A stretch of DNA of 64,000 nt from Obrimoposthia wandeli (Eukaryota), in NCBI GenBank assembly GCA_977020255.1, contig CDROCS010005135.1, forward strand, positions 1 to 64,000, given 5' to 3'. The position numbers and the translations under genes are program-made. Each line of letters starts with the position of its first letter. Positions within the stretch are counted from its first letter, which is position 1. A model generated the notes under the pieces. It did not search any database. It worked only from the letters and a program-made list of their open reading frames with translations, and had not been told where the DNA came from. Of the stretch, positions 50,906-61,643 are shown in pieces.

Positions 50906-50956
50906 TATTTTCATCATAAAGGTGTTATTTATTCGCGGCTAATTATTGATATTAAA

Positions 50957-50989
50957 AACGATGTTGGTGTGAACAACACTAACATCGTT
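50957..50989. terminator. Hairpin between convergent genes
   Basis: AACGATGTTGGTGT-gaaca-ACACTAACATCGTT. Confidence 0.6.
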
Positions 50990-51005
50990 AACACTTTCCC
51001 CCTGC

Positions 51006-52448
51006 CTAATGGCTTTTAGCCGTTTCTTCTATGTGATTTGCGATAATTCCTGCTAGTAATATGAGCCCTTGTTGCCACTGTTTATTCTTCTGAAAGCTCG
51101 CAAAGCTAAATCGTACACAGTGGTTATATTGCCCTTGGGTAGAAAACATTTTACCCGGTAACAAGCTAATACCAGCAGCCAGTGCAGCTTGATAAATCAC
51201 AAAGCCATCAGCATGTTGGGGTAGGGTTAACCAACACAAAAAGCTACCTTCAGGTTTAGACAAATGGTATTGCCCTTTGAGTGACGGATAGCGGTCGAAA
51301 GCTTGTGTTAAGTCCACAGCAAAGTCGCGTTGATTTACACGGTAACTGTGACGAATCTTATTCAAGTGTTGGCGATATTTCCCGGTTGTTAAAAACTCAC
51401 CCACAGCTGATTGCATCAAATTCAAGCTGCCCATATTATCGCTTATCAATCGCTTTTCTATTTGGTGCTGGTATTTCCCCGCTAAAACCCATCCAATACG
51501 TAAACGCGAATCAAGGGTTTTCGAGAGTGAATTGCAGTAAATAACGCGTCCTTCAGTATCTAAGGTTTTCAAGGTTTGCGGACGATTCTGGTAAGCCAAT
51601 CCGCCAAACACGTCATCTTCTATAATAGGAATGCCTGTAGTGAGATTGAGTAGGGCATGTCGTGCAGATTCTGGCATTACTGCACCCGTTGGATTGTTGT
51701 AACTTGGGTTTAATAGAATGGCTTTGACTGTCCATTTTTTAAGGGCTTTCGCTAATTCCACCAAGTCGATACCTGTGGCGGTATTAGCTGGTATTTCTAA
51801 TGCTTTTAAGCCAAGAGATTCCAGCAATAACAAGGTGCCGAAATAGCAGGGTGAATCAACCAATACAATATCACCCGGTTGAGTTAAGGCTTGTAAACTC
51901 AGGCTAATAGCTTGTTGTGCGCCATGGGTAATTAATATTTCGTTAGGGGAGGTGACAACCCCTAATTCTTCATTGATATGTACCAGTTGCTTGACCAGAG
52001 TTTCATTACCCGGTGGCATTTGGTAATGACAAGGAATAGCCATTTGGTAGCGACTGTGGCGACCAATCTCAGCATACAGTGAACGAATCGCAGGAAAGTC
52101 GGTATTCGGATGCGCAGAGCCTGCAGGCATTGAATACTGTTCTAAAGGGTGTTTAAGAATGGTTTTGCTAATGGCCATTAAATCGACATAGCTAGGTCCG
52201 TTGGCTGGTTGCGATGTAGGTTGAATCGGTTGGCAGACAACATAACCCGAACGCGGCAGCGATGAAATAATACTGATTGCTTCTAATTCTTGGTATGCAC
52301 GAATCACCGTATTTTTGCTAACAGCCAATTGTTCGCTTAATTCTCGAATAGAGGGCAACTTATCGCCTACTTGATAACTACCTTGGTCGATGCGTTGGGT
52401 AATATACCGTTCTACAAAATGGTATTTTTTACTTGTAGAGGCTGTCAT
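51006..52448 (-). CDS. MocR/GntR family regulator with PLP aminotransferase domain
   Basis: KLPSIRELSEQLAVSKNTVIRAY HTH; ITHGAQQA, NPSYNNPTG, IIEDDV, SLSKTL..RIGW. Confidence 0.93.
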   Translation of the reverse strand: MTASTSKKYHFVERYITQRIDQGSYQVGDKLPSIRELSEQLAVSKNTVIRAYQELEAISIISSLPRSGYVVCQPIQPTSQPANGPSYVDLMAISKTILKHPLEQYSMPAGSAHPNTDFPAIRSLYAEIGRHSRYQMAIPCHYQMPPGNETLVKQLVHINEELGVVTSPNEILITHGAQQAISLSLQALTQPGDIVLVDSPCYFGTLLLLESLGLKALEIPANTATGIDLVELAKALKKWTVKAILLNPSYNNPTGAVMPESARHALLNLTTGIPIIEDDVFGGLAYQNRPQTLKTLDTEGRVIYCNSLSKTLDSRLRIGWVLAGKYQHQIEKRLISDNMGSLNLMQSAVGEFLTTGKYRQHLNKIRHSYRVNQRDFAVDLTQAFDRYPSLKGQYHLSKPEGSFLCWLTLPQHADGFVIYQAALAAGISLLPGKMFSTQGQYNHCVRFSFASFQKNKQWQQGLILLAGIIANHIEETAKSH

Positions 52449-52600
52449 TTAAGTTTGTCCTTTCTTCATAAATAATGCGTGTGATTAGCGCTGACCACTC
52501 AAATCAATCTGTACCCATAAAAAGAAAAGAAACTGTCCCTTTTTAAAAATACTGTACCCATTAAAGTAATGGCAAATAAACAAAAAGAACAGAGGTTTTC

Positions 52601-53512
52601 ATGTTAGCTCGTTTTGCACCTTTTATATTTGTTGTGCTGTGGAGTTCTGGCTTCGTTGGTGCACGCTTAGGGTTGGATTATGCCGAACCCGCCACTTTTT
52701 TATTAATGCGTATGTTAGCCAATGTGGCTGTTTTTTTGGTGCTATTGGTGCTAATGCGTGCCCGTTTACCCAGAGGTAAAGATTTAGGGCACTCAATGGT
52801 TGCTGGTCTGTTGATTCATGGTTTCTATTTAGGAGGGACTTATGAAGGCATTTCGATGGGTATGCCTGCAGGGTTATGTGCTTTATTAGTGGGGCTTCAG
52901 CCGATTTTAACTGCCGTATTATTAGTGGGTTTCAGTTCAGAGAGGCTGCGTTTATCACAGTGGATTGGCTTGGTTATTGGCTTTATCGGTATCACTTTTG
53001 TATTGCAAGGCAATATGGAATGGCAACAAGAAGGTCAACGCGAAGCGGCTTATAGTTTTGCAGTTTTGGCGCTGTTAGGTATTACGTTGGGCACCTTGTA
53101 TCAGAAGAAGTTTTGTCAAGGTGTCGATATGGTTGGTGGGGCTGTGTGGCAATATACTGCGGCTGCGTTGTTGTTCGTACCTATTGCGCTCACCACTGAA
53201 ACCATGGTTGTACAGTGGACCACCGAATTTACGTTAACCTTATTATGGCTGGTATTTGTATTATCTGTAGTGGCGATTATGTTGCTGCTGTATATGGTGA
53301 AAAATGGTGAATCATCTAAAGTTGCATCAACGTTTTATCTTGTACCACCGATGACGGCATTCCAAGCATGGTTGGTGTTTGGCGAAAAGTTTGATGGTTA
53401 CGGCGTGATTGGTTTTATGCTTGCGGCTTGTGCTGTTTTCCTTGTGACACGAAAGCCAAAACTACAGCTGCAGACAACGGCAGGTTCGACGGTAAAAAGC
53501 ACTGTGTTATAA
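52601..53512 (+). CDS. DMT/EamA family transporter
   Basis: FVVLWSSGFVGA, about 10 TMs, LFYLVPP-like STFYLVPP. Confidence 0.92.
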   Translation: MLARFAPFIFVVLWSSGFVGARLGLDYAEPATFLLMRMLANVAVFLVLLVLMRARLPRGKDLGHSMVAGLLIHGFYLGGTYEGISMGMPAGLCALLVGLQPILTAVLLVGFSSERLRLSQWIGLVIGFIGITFVLQGNMEWQQEGQREAAYSFAVLALLGITLGTLYQKKFCQGVDMVGGAVWQYTAAALLFVPIALTTETMVVQWTTEFTLTLLWLVFVLSVVAIMLLLYMVKNGESSKVASTFYLVPPMTAFQAWLVFGEKFDGYGVIGFMLAACAVFLVTRKPKLQLQTTAGSTVKSTVL

Positions 53513-53566
53513 ATTTAAACCAGTGTGGAAGGCGAGAAAGATGGGGGGGGGGGATAGCTCAAGGTT

Positions 53567-53902
53567 TTAATCAAGGCGACTGCTGTTAAAGCTTTGACCA
53601 ACCTCTGCTTGCTTAGATTGTTTATTGTAAATACAAACCATTGATGAATCGGGGGCGCGTAATCCTGTACTGTTTTTCAGTTTGCCTCTGGCTATCGCCA
53701 TACCGTAAGATTCCGTGCCGTATGGGTCGAGATAGATATGATAACGAGAAAAAGAGTGGTCAAACTGAATACTGCATTGTGTTTTAACTGATTGCTCAAA
53801 TTCTTCCCATGCATCAGAAGAAGAGGCATGTACCGAGAATGCCGAAAATATACCCATAATTAGGGTGAAGATGAAAAGTGAAGGAAGTGTGTGTATTTTC
53901 AC
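53567..53902 (-). CDS. Hypothetical secreted protein
   Basis: GTG start, signal peptide ending SVHA, SSSDAWEEF..C..C. Confidence 0.55.
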   Translation of the reverse strand: MKIHTLPSLFIFTLIMGIFSAFSVHASSSDAWEEFEQSVKTQCSIQFDHSFSRYHIYLDPYGTESYGMAIARGKLKNSTGLRAPDSSMVCIYNKQSKQAEVGQSFNSSRLD

Positions 53903-54067
53903 AGCATGTCTCTCGTTGTAGCTACATAGATTTAGTATCGCATGTTGTTTTAAGAGTGCAATGCTTGATTCAACGGCATTTATTGATTGTTTTTGTATGT
54001 TATTTACTCTGATATAAGTTTTTATTACGATACTGCTCAATAACCAGCCAGTTAGTATTGTAAGGTA

Positions 54068-54096
54068 TTTACAACCCCTTAGGTGATAGGTATTAT
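54068..54096 (+). promoter_or_regulatory. tRNA promoter
   Basis: TTTACA-N17-TATTAT followed by a GC-rich discriminator. Confidence 0.65.
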
Positions 54097-54106
54097 TCGC
54101 CGCGTT

Positions 54107-54197
54107 GGAGAGATGGCTGAGTGGTCGAAAGCACTGGTCTTGAAAACCAGCAAGGGTTTATAGCCCTTCTAGGGTTCAAATCCCTATCTCTCCGCCA
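54107..54197 (+). tRNA. tRNA-Ser (anticodon TGA)
   Basis: GGAGAGA/TCTCTCC acceptor stem, anticodon arm CTGGT-CTTGAAA-ACCAG, long variable arm, GGTTCAAATCC T-loop, encoded CCA. Confidence 0.97.
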
Positions 54198-54425
54198 CAT
54201 TCAAAGAAGCCGCTACATTGTTAGCGGCTTTTTTACGTCTGGATTTTGCCAAATATGATAGGGATGCAGAATCCTAGACTGGGTTCACCTGAGCGAAGCG
54301 AAAGCACATTGCCCGTACCGAAGGTGCGAAAAGGCAATAGCCCGAAGGGTACGAGCTTGCGAGTAATAAATCCCTATCTCTCCGCCACATTCAAAGAAGC
54401 CGCTACATTGCTAGCGGCTTTTTTG
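54178..54425 (+). repeat. Direct repeat of the tRNA 3' end plus terminator (about 58 bp, period 190 bp)
   Basis: AAATCCCTATCTCTCCGCCACATTCAAAGAAGCCGCTACATTG(T/C)TAGCGGCTTTTTT at 54178 and 54368. Confidence 0.9.
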
Positions 54426-54674
54426 CATCTAGCGTTTGTGGTTTGCTCATTAAATAGCAGTACTCTAGGGGCTGGCTATATAAAGATATAGTACAGATTA
54501 TTAGTCATTAAAATCGATGTTATCGGCGGTCTTAAAAACGAAACCCAAACAAGAATATTGACTTATCCAGCTATCTTATAGCGCATTTAGACCTTTCTAT
54601 TTTATGTTCAGAACAAAAAAAGCCTGTTAGCGTTTAACTAACAGGCATTTATAGTTATTAAGAGTCTTGTGTTG

Positions 54675-55571
54675 TTAGCGCTTAATAAAGTCTGCGTCGC
54701 GCATTTTATTGATTACATCTTGTTTTTGTTCAAGCGTTAAGGCTTTTAATGGAAGGCGAGGATCACCTGCATCAATATCATGTAATGCCATTGCTGCTTT
54801 ACCCGCTGCTACACCACCATACTCAACTAATACTCGAATAAGTGAAATAACATTGTCCATGCCTGTAATAACGTCAGCATGTTTGCCATTATGAAAATCT
54901 TCAATGATTTGATTAAAGTGCGGAGCGGCATAGTTGTACGTACTGCCTACCGCGCCAATAGCACCTACAGCGAGTGCGCCAGGTAAGAATTCATCAACGC
55001 CAAATGGAATATCAAATTTTCCATCGCAGGCACGAAGGCAACGTTGGTATTCGTATAAATCACCGCTGTTAAACTTTAAGCCGTATAGGTTTGGAATACG
55101 GTTTTCAGCCTTGATTAAGAACTGCTCCATATCCAGATTTACGCCAGACATACCTGAATGGTAGTAGTAGAAACCTTTTGATGGTGCTGCAGCAGCAACG
55201 GCAGCACAGTAGTCGACAAGATCGTCAACACTACCTGGTTTGAAGAAGCATGGACCAATTGCTGAAGTAGCAAAAATATCAAGAGTGTCGGCATGGCGAG
55301 TTAATTCAAGCGTATCAACAATACTCAATGCGCCAGTATGGACGGTAATTTTTAAACGCCCTTGAGATACTTCAGCCCAACGCTCTGCGATTGCTTTGCG
55401 TTCTTCTACAGAACAGTGAATACCTTCACCGGTTGTACCGCAAATATAAACACCATTGACGCCATCTTTGATCAAGTGCTCTGCAATTTTATCAATAATC
55501 GGTAGGTTAACATTACCTTTAGCATCAAATGGGGTGTGAGGTGCAGCAATCAAGCCAGTAAGCTTTTCCAT
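54675..55571 (-). CDS. nanA: N-acetylneuraminate lyase (DHDPS family)
   Basis: GLIAAPHTPF, CGTTGEG, FYYYH, GLKFNSGDL, FGVDE, GAVGSTYN; nan cluster context. Confidence 0.9.
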   Translation of the reverse strand: MEKLTGLIAAPHTPFDAKGNVNLPIIDKIAEHLIKDGVNGVYICGTTGEGIHCSVEERKAIAERWAEVSQGRLKITVHTGALSIVDTLELTRHADTLDIFATSAIGPCFFKPGSVDDLVDYCAAVAAAAPSKGFYYYHSGMSGVNLDMEQFLIKAENRIPNLYGLKFNSGDLYEYQRCLRACDGKFDIPFGVDEFLPGALAVGAIGAVGSTYNYAAPHFNQIIEDFHNGKHADVITGMDNVISLIRVLVEYGGVAAGKAAMALHDIDAGDPRLPLKALTLEQKQDVINKMRDADFIKR

Positions 55572-55591
55572 AGTAGCCCTTATAATAATCA

Positions 55592-55608
55592 ATGAAGTTA
55601 AACTTCAT
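55592..55608. promoter_or_regulatory. Palindromic nan operator (best copy; others at 55642, 55860, 57093, 57219, 57340, 57367, 61526)
   Basis: ATGAAGT-TAA-ACTTCAT perfect palindrome; related 17-mers recur in the nan intergenic regions. Confidence 0.65.
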
Positions 55609-55941
55609 ATTACTTGTCTTAAGTGGAGTTGGGGTTATTGTATGGAGTAATATTCCGAGAGGCAATTGACGATTACTGATTTAGACAACCAGAATTTAAA
55701 ATTGTGACCTTGTCTACAAACCTTATTTTTAGTGGTCTTTTTTGAATATCTTATTGTTTTTTTCTGCTAATGATCACGGTAAATTTTATGTTTCCAATAA
55801 TCAATCACTTTTGATTAAGAGCGAGATAGCTTCAATATTGATATTGTTTATTGAATTCTATGGAGTTTAGCTTCACATGAAGATGTAAGCGTGTAAAATT
55901 ACTTTTTAGAATTGAGATAAGCAAAAATAGAGGTAATAAGG

Positions 55942-56814
55942 ATGACAGATCAACAAACACTTCTTAAAGCAGGAAAGGTAATCGACACCTTAGGCAGTCT
56001 ATACGATAGCTTAACGCCTTCAGCGAAGCGTATATCTGATTACGTACTTGCTCATTCATCTGAAGTCACTAAGTTATCTATTGCGGAGCTATCTCAAGTT
56101 GCGAATGTCGGTGAAGCGACGATAATTCGATTTTGCCGAACTCTTGGTTTTAAAGGCTTTCAAGAATTTAAAATGGAGCTAGCGATAGAGCTTTCCAGTT
56201 TGAATCAACAAGAAAAATCAATTTTAGATACTGATGTTACTCCTCAAGATGATGCAGAGTTAATTGGGCAAAAATTACATAAAACTATTAATAATGTATT
56301 GGCAGAGACATTGAATTTATTGAATTTTGATACGTTGGAAAAAGTAGCAAAACAGATAAAATCAGCTAAGGCAGTCTACTTTTTTGGGGTAGGGTCTTCG
56401 GGTATTACTGCTGAAGATGCAAAGAATAAATTTATGCGTATTGGTTTTAATGTTGATGCATTAACCAATAATCATTTTATGTATATGAAGGCTTCACTAT
56501 TACAGAAGGGTGATTTAGCCGTCGGTATCAGTCATTCAGGTAGTTCGAAAGAAACGACAAAAGCACTTCAACTAGCAAAAGATGCGGGTGCCGATACCGT
56601 TGCTATTACCCATAACCCTCGTTCGGCCATCACTGAGTTTTCAGACTTTGTATTGGTGAATGGTAATCGACAAGGGAAATTGCAAGGGGATTCGATTGGG
56701 ACGAAAATATCACAATTGTTTGTTCTTGATCTAGTGTATGCATTACTTGTTAATGAGGATGCGGATAGTGCTAAAGAAAATAAAATTAAGACGACAAATG
56801 CGCTTGAAAGCTAA
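55942..56814 (+). CDS. nanR: MurR/RpiR family regulator of the sialic acid cluster (Vibrionaceae NanR type)
   Basis: SIAELSQVANVGEATIIRFCRTLGFKGFQEFK HTH; SIS domain GVGSSG, ISHSGSS. Confidence 0.85.
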   Translation: MTDQQTLLKAGKVIDTLGSLYDSLTPSAKRISDYVLAHSSEVTKLSIAELSQVANVGEATIIRFCRTLGFKGFQEFKMELAIELSSLNQQEKSILDTDVTPQDDAELIGQKLHKTINNVLAETLNLLNFDTLEKVAKQIKSAKAVYFFGVGSSGITAEDAKNKFMRIGFNVDALTNNHFMYMKASLLQKGDLAVGISHSGSSKETTKALQLAKDAGADTVAITHNPRSAITEFSDFVLVNGNRQGKLQGDSIGTKISQLFVLDLVYALLVNEDADSAKENKIKTTNALES

Positions 56815-57413
56815 CGCGTAACCTCACGCTCAATGGCTTGCAAACGCTTTGTATTTTATCCACCCAGATTGGCTAGCTATAACGCTTCTCTGGGGGAGTT
56901 CCAACCTCTCTTAACTCCGCTATTTTCTAAGATGTATATGCGCTGATTAATTGGATTAACGCACTAATCATTGTGTTAGTCGTTAGCCTATATACTTCTT
57001 GTTATTCAACTTTCTGTTATGCCCTATTGGGTAATTGCCCCCATTTATACTGAATTTATTTCAAAATATTTTCTAACATTTGCGTTTTTATTATGGAGTT
57101 ATATTTCATTTTCTCTCATGAAGTGACTGCCATTTTGTCAGTAATATATTTTTATACATGGCATAATTATTAATAGAACATCCGTTCAGATGAGAAAAAC
57201 ATCCTAATTATCACTTTTATGGAGTTAGGCTCCGCTTGGTTCATACGCAGTAATAGAGGAAAATAGTGAGCTAAGTCTTGTTTATTGTGCTGTTGACGAT
57301 GAAAAATGAGGTAAAGATCGCTGTTTAAATAATTGCATGTTGAAGTAAAACTTCATCGCGATTAAATTGGAGTCAAACTTCATTAGGTTATTAGTTTCGG
57401 AGCGGTACGACTT

Positions 57414-58151
57414 ATGATTACCCAATCTAAGGCTTGTCTTAAAGTGAATAAGACACAAGAAAATGCTTTAAAGGCTTTGCAACAAGGATTTGTTGCATCA
57501 TGTCAGCCTGTTGATGATGGACCTATGGATTCACCAATGATTGTCGCCGCTATGGCGCAAGCTGCTGTAGCGGGTGGTGCTGCGGGTATTCGCATTGAAG
57601 GTATTGAGAATGTTAAGGCGGTTCGACCTCACGTAAATGTACCTATTATTGGTATTATTAAGCGTGACTTAGAAAACTCAGATGTTCGCATTACCCCTTT
57701 TATCGAAGATGTCTATGCGCTGAAAGAAGCAGGGGCAGATGTTATTGCGATCGATGCCACCCATCGCGTTCGTCCAACTTCGGTTGAAGATTTGATTAAT
57801 GCGATACATTCCGTTGGGTGCTTAGCTATGGCTGATTGTTCAACGTACGATGAAGGTATGTACTGCCAAGCACGGGGCGTTCAAATTATTGGTTCTACTT
57901 TATCTGGTTATACCGGTGGACCTGTTCCTGCAGAGCCTGATTTTAATTTAATTAAGCAACTTAAAAAAGCAGGCTGTACGGTTATGGCTGAAGGTCGCTT
58001 TAATACACCAGAGCTAGCTGGTAAGGCTATTGAAGCTGGAGCATTCTGCGTTACGGTGGGTTCGGCAATTACCCGTGTAGAGCATATATGCAGTTGGTTC
58101 CAAGCGGAAGTTGAACTTGCCCATCAGTTACAATCTGAGGCTGTCGCATGA
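57414..58151 (+). CDS. nanE: N-acetylmannosamine-6-phosphate 2-epimerase
   Basis: VASCQP, PIIGIIKRD, RITP, GSTLSGYT, AEGRFNTP, VTVGSAITR. Confidence 0.95.
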   Translation: MITQSKACLKVNKTQENALKALQQGFVASCQPVDDGPMDSPMIVAAMAQAAVAGGAAGIRIEGIENVKAVRPHVNVPIIGIIKRDLENSDVRITPFIEDVYALKEAGADVIAIDATHRVRPTSVEDLINAIHSVGCLAMADCSTYDEGMYCQARGVQIIGSTLSGYTGGPVPAEPDFNLIKQLKKAGCTVMAEGRFNTPELAGKAIEAGAFCVTVGSAITRVEHICSWFQAEVELAHQLQSEAVA

Positions 58152-59026
58152 AAACGTGTTTAGCGGTCGATATTGGCGGTACGAAGATTGCCGCGGCTTT
58201 GGTTAAAGACAATATTATCGTTACGCGTGTTCAAATTTCGACACCCATTTCAAAAGAGGCGAATGCATTAACCGTAGCGTTAACCTATTTATTAACCCCT
58301 CTTGCCCTAGAAGCAGATCATGTTGCTGTGGCATCAACAGGTATTATTAATCACGGCGTATTAACGGCATTAAACCCAGATAACCTTGGTGGCTTAAATC
58401 ATTTCCCTCTACACCAAGTAATTAGTGAAATAACCCAGTTACCTGTTGTTGTTATTAATGATGCGCAAGCTGCTGCTTGGTTTGAATATAAAGCACTTAA
58501 TCAAGCCGTGTCTGATATGGCATTTATTACCGTATCGACTGGTGTTGGGGCGGGTTTCGTGCAGAAAGAAAAACTCAATACTGGTGCTAGAGGTATTGCG
58601 GGCCATGCTGGTCACATGTTGGCAGATCCGAATGGACCTGTATGTGGTTGTGGTAGAAAAGGTTGCGTAGAAAGCATTGCATCTGGTACCGCAATTGGTG
58701 TTGCCGGACAGCCTTTCTTTGGCACTGATTGCGATGGCGAAACCGTTTATCAGCACCTACTTAATGGCGATAAAAACGCGATCGCCATTGTTGAACGCTC
58801 TGCCAGTACGATTGCAAACCTGATTGCCGATCTTACTATCTCTCTTGACCTCGATATTGTTGTATTAGGGGGGAGTGTTGGGCTGGCATCTGGGTATTTA
58901 GCAAGGGTTAGAACTTACCTCGAACGGTTACCCAATGTATATGTTCCTGACGTAATTGCTGCAAGCTCTGGCGCTGATGCTGGTCTGCTTGGTGTCGCGT
59001 TATGGGCAGAGCAAAGCGTTAAATAA
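58148..59026 (+). CDS. nanK: N-acetylmannosamine kinase (ROK family)
   Basis: LAVDIGGTKIA, INDAQAAA, TVSTGVGAG, CGCGRKGCVESIASG. Confidence 0.95.
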   Translation: MKTCLAVDIGGTKIAAALVKDNIIVTRVQISTPISKEANALTVALTYLLTPLALEADHVAVASTGIINHGVLTALNPDNLGGLNHFPLHQVISEITQLPVVVINDAQAAAWFEYKALNQAVSDMAFITVSTGVGAGFVQKEKLNTGARGIAGHAGHMLADPNGPVCGCGRKGCVESIASGTAIGVAGQPFFGTDCDGETVYQHLLNGDKNAIAIVERSASTIANLIADLTISLDLDIVVLGGSVGLASGYLARVRTYLERLPNVYVPDVIAASSGADAGLLGVALWAEQSVK

Positions 59027-59130
59027 AAAGAATTCTGAGTAAGGAATAGGCTAGCTTGCTAGTTATTCCTTACTACATAAAAGATATAACAAATTATCCT
59101 TACCTACACTAAACAAAAAGGAGTCTCCGC

Positions 59131-60621
59131 ATGGAAATGCACGCATTTGGGACCTTGAATTACATCGTTCTGCTGGTTTATTTGACTGCAGTTATGCTTG
59201 TTGGAGTATATTTTGCTAAACGTCAAAAGTCGGCAGATGATTACTTTAAAGCGGGTGGCCGTATACCTGGTTGGGCTGCAGGTATTAGCGTATTCGCCAC
59301 AACACTAAGTTCTATTACATTTATGTCTATTCCTGCAAAAGCCTACACGGGTGATTGGACATTTTTAATCGGACAATATGTTGCTATATTAATTCTTCCA
59401 TTTGTTTTTCTATATTATATTCCGTTTTTTAGAAAGCTAAACCTTACTTCTGCTTACGAATATTTAGAAAAACGCTTTGATGTTAAAATGCGTTTATTCG
59501 CCAGCATTTCGTTCATGTTGTTTCATATTGGTCGGATTGCAATTATAACGTACTTAACTGCACTTGCATTGATCCCATTTGTTGATATTAATCCACTTAC
59601 GATAGTCTTCTTAATTGGTGTGTTGTGTATCGTATATACATTCATGGGCGGAATTGAAGGTGTCATTTGGACAGATGTAATTCAAGGTATTATGTTGTCT
59701 TTGGCTGCAATTTTAATTTTCATTGTTATTTGCTTCAATGTCGATGGTGGAGTAATGGAAATATTCAGTATGTCTGCAGAAGCAGATAAATATTTCCCTA
59801 AAGAACAATTTGCTTGGAGCTGGACTGAAGGTACTATTCCTGTTCTTGCTATTGGCTTTTTATTCGCTAGCCTGCAACAATTCACCGCGAGTCAAGATGT
59901 TGTTCAGCGTTATATTGTTACTGACTCAATTGAAGAAACAAAAAAGGCATTAATTACTAATGCAAAACTAGTTGCAGTTATTCCAATCTTCTTCTTTGCT
60001 GTTGGTTCGGCATTATATGCTTATTACACTCAAAACCCTAGCTTATTACCAGGTGATTTTAATACGGGTGGGATCTTACCTTTCTTTGTTATATCAGAAA
60101 TGCCGGCCGGGGTTGCAGGTTTAATTATTGCAGCAATATTTGCAGCGTCACAATCTAGTATTTCGAGTAGTCTAAATAGTATATCAGCATGTTTTACATC
60201 TGATATTTACCATCGACTTGGCGGTGAAACATCGCCTAAGAAAACAATGTTTGTAGCACGTTCAGTTATTGTTGCAGCGGGTATCTTTGGTGTTATTGCG
60301 TCGACATACTTAATTATGTCGAATGAAAGTGAACTATGGGATGCATTTAATAGCTTAATTGGTTTGATGGGAGGTCCAATGACCGGCTTGTTCATGCTAG
60401 GCGTGTTTGTTAAACGGGCCAATGCTAATAGTGCTTTAGCTGGTGTGGTTGCAAGTGTTATTGCAATCTTGTGGGTACGAGCGGCAACGGATCTTAACTT
60501 CTTTTTCTACGGTGTAATTGGAACATTAATGGTCGTGTTTGTTGGTTATATAACCGCACCATTATTTAAACAGAATGCAGTTGAAGATGTGAATAAATCA
60601 CTTATTGCACAAAATTCATAA
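59131..60621 (+). CDS. Sodium:solute symporter, sialic acid (SiaT/SSS type)
   Basis: DYFKAGGRIPGW, SAYEYLEKRF, VIWTDVIQ, SQDVVQRY, SSISSSLNS. Confidence 0.92.
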   Translation: MEMHAFGTLNYIVLLVYLTAVMLVGVYFAKRQKSADDYFKAGGRIPGWAAGISVFATTLSSITFMSIPAKAYTGDWTFLIGQYVAILILPFVFLYYIPFFRKLNLTSAYEYLEKRFDVKMRLFASISFMLFHIGRIAIITYLTALALIPFVDINPLTIVFLIGVLCIVYTFMGGIEGVIWTDVIQGIMLSLAAILIFIVICFNVDGGVMEIFSMSAEADKYFPKEQFAWSWTEGTIPVLAIGFLFASLQQFTASQDVVQRYIVTDSIEETKKALITNAKLVAVIPIFFFAVGSALYAYYTQNPSLLPGDFNTGGILPFFVISEMPAGVAGLIIAAIFAASQSSISSSLNSISACFTSDIYHRLGGETSPKKTMFVARSVIVAAGIFGVIASTYLIMSNESELWDAFNSLIGLMGGPMTGLFMLGVFVKRANANSALAGVVASVIAILWVRAATDLNFFFYGVIGTLMVVFVGYITAPLFKQNAVEDVNKSLIAQNS

Positions 60622-60708
60622 TCAGTGAGTAGGTAACGCTTCTTCTTTATATTCCCCCTGAAGGCTTAAGTGCTACATGCTTAAGCCTTCTTTTTTGAGA
60701 GTAACATA

Positions 60709-61200
60709 ATGATTTTTGGAAATATTCTATCTTCACAAGATTTTGATTTTCTTCCTAGTGCGTTAAAAAAGGCACTTGAGTTTGTTCAATCTTCAGGATT
60801 GGACAAGTTACCATTAGGACGACATAATATTGATGGTGAGCTGATGTTTGCCAATGTGATGGAGTTTGAAGCTGGGGTTGCTGAGCAAAAGTTAGCTGAA
60901 GTTCATAAAGAGTATATTGATGTACAGTTCTTAATATCTGGCTTTGAACGTATTGGTTATGGCTTAGCAAATAAAAGCAACCCAATATCAACAGAATACG
61001 ATAGTGAAAATGATTATTACCTTGTCGAGAGTATGAAACATGAATGTGAGGTGCTTCTTGAACCAGGTATGTTTGCAATATTCTTTCCTGAAGAACCCCA
61101 TAAACCAGGATGCCGTTATGTCGATGAACAGGCTTCAATGACTTGCGATAATTACATGCTAAAAAAAGTGGTCGTTAAAGTTCATCGTTCATTGATTTAA
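60709..61200 (+). CDS. YhcH/YjgK/YiaL family protein (NanQ-like)
   Basis: EVHKEYIDVQ, PGMFAIFFPEEPHKP, KKVVVKV. Confidence 0.9.
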   Translation: MIFGNILSSQDFDFLPSALKKALEFVQSSGLDKLPLGRHNIDGELMFANVMEFEAGVAEQKLAEVHKEYIDVQFLISGFERIGYGLANKSNPISTEYDSENDYYLVESMKHECEVLLEPGMFAIFFPEEPHKPGCRYVDEQASMTCDNYMLKKVVVKVHRSLI

Positions 61201-61643
61201 TTATTGCTATTTAATGCCATCTTTTATCGATAGTTGTTATTAATTATATCAATGATAGTGACGATTTATTTTACCAGTTGACATAAGGTTGGGTAATTAA
61301 GTCGTCACGCACTATTTCAATAATACCGACAACCTTATTTCTTTTTGTTATATGTGTTTTATTTTTAATGTCTTGTTTTATATTTTTATTCTCATGGAAA
61401 TAAATTAATTTTTAGTTGTTTTATTATGGATATAAACATTTAGCGTTATTTTTAATGAAAACTATAAAGACTAGATGGTTTGTGAAGTTTATGTTGCTTG
61501 TTGTCACACTTCTTAGTTAATAGGTTTGAAGAAAACCTTCATAAAGATAATAATTGTGGTGTAAACATTCTTCGACGTGATGGGTAAGATTTAAAATCCA
61601 ATATTATAATTAATAAATCTAATTAAATATAAAAGGTATAAAG

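Noticed and set aside
53543-53553. Poly-G tract (about 11 G)
   Set aside because: It lies between two convergent stop codons, not in a promoter or CDS, so a phase-variation role is unsupported
56815-57413. Long regulator-nanE intergenic region as a possible sRNA or ORF
   Set aside because: No convincing ORF or terminator; the length is explained by multiple operator sites
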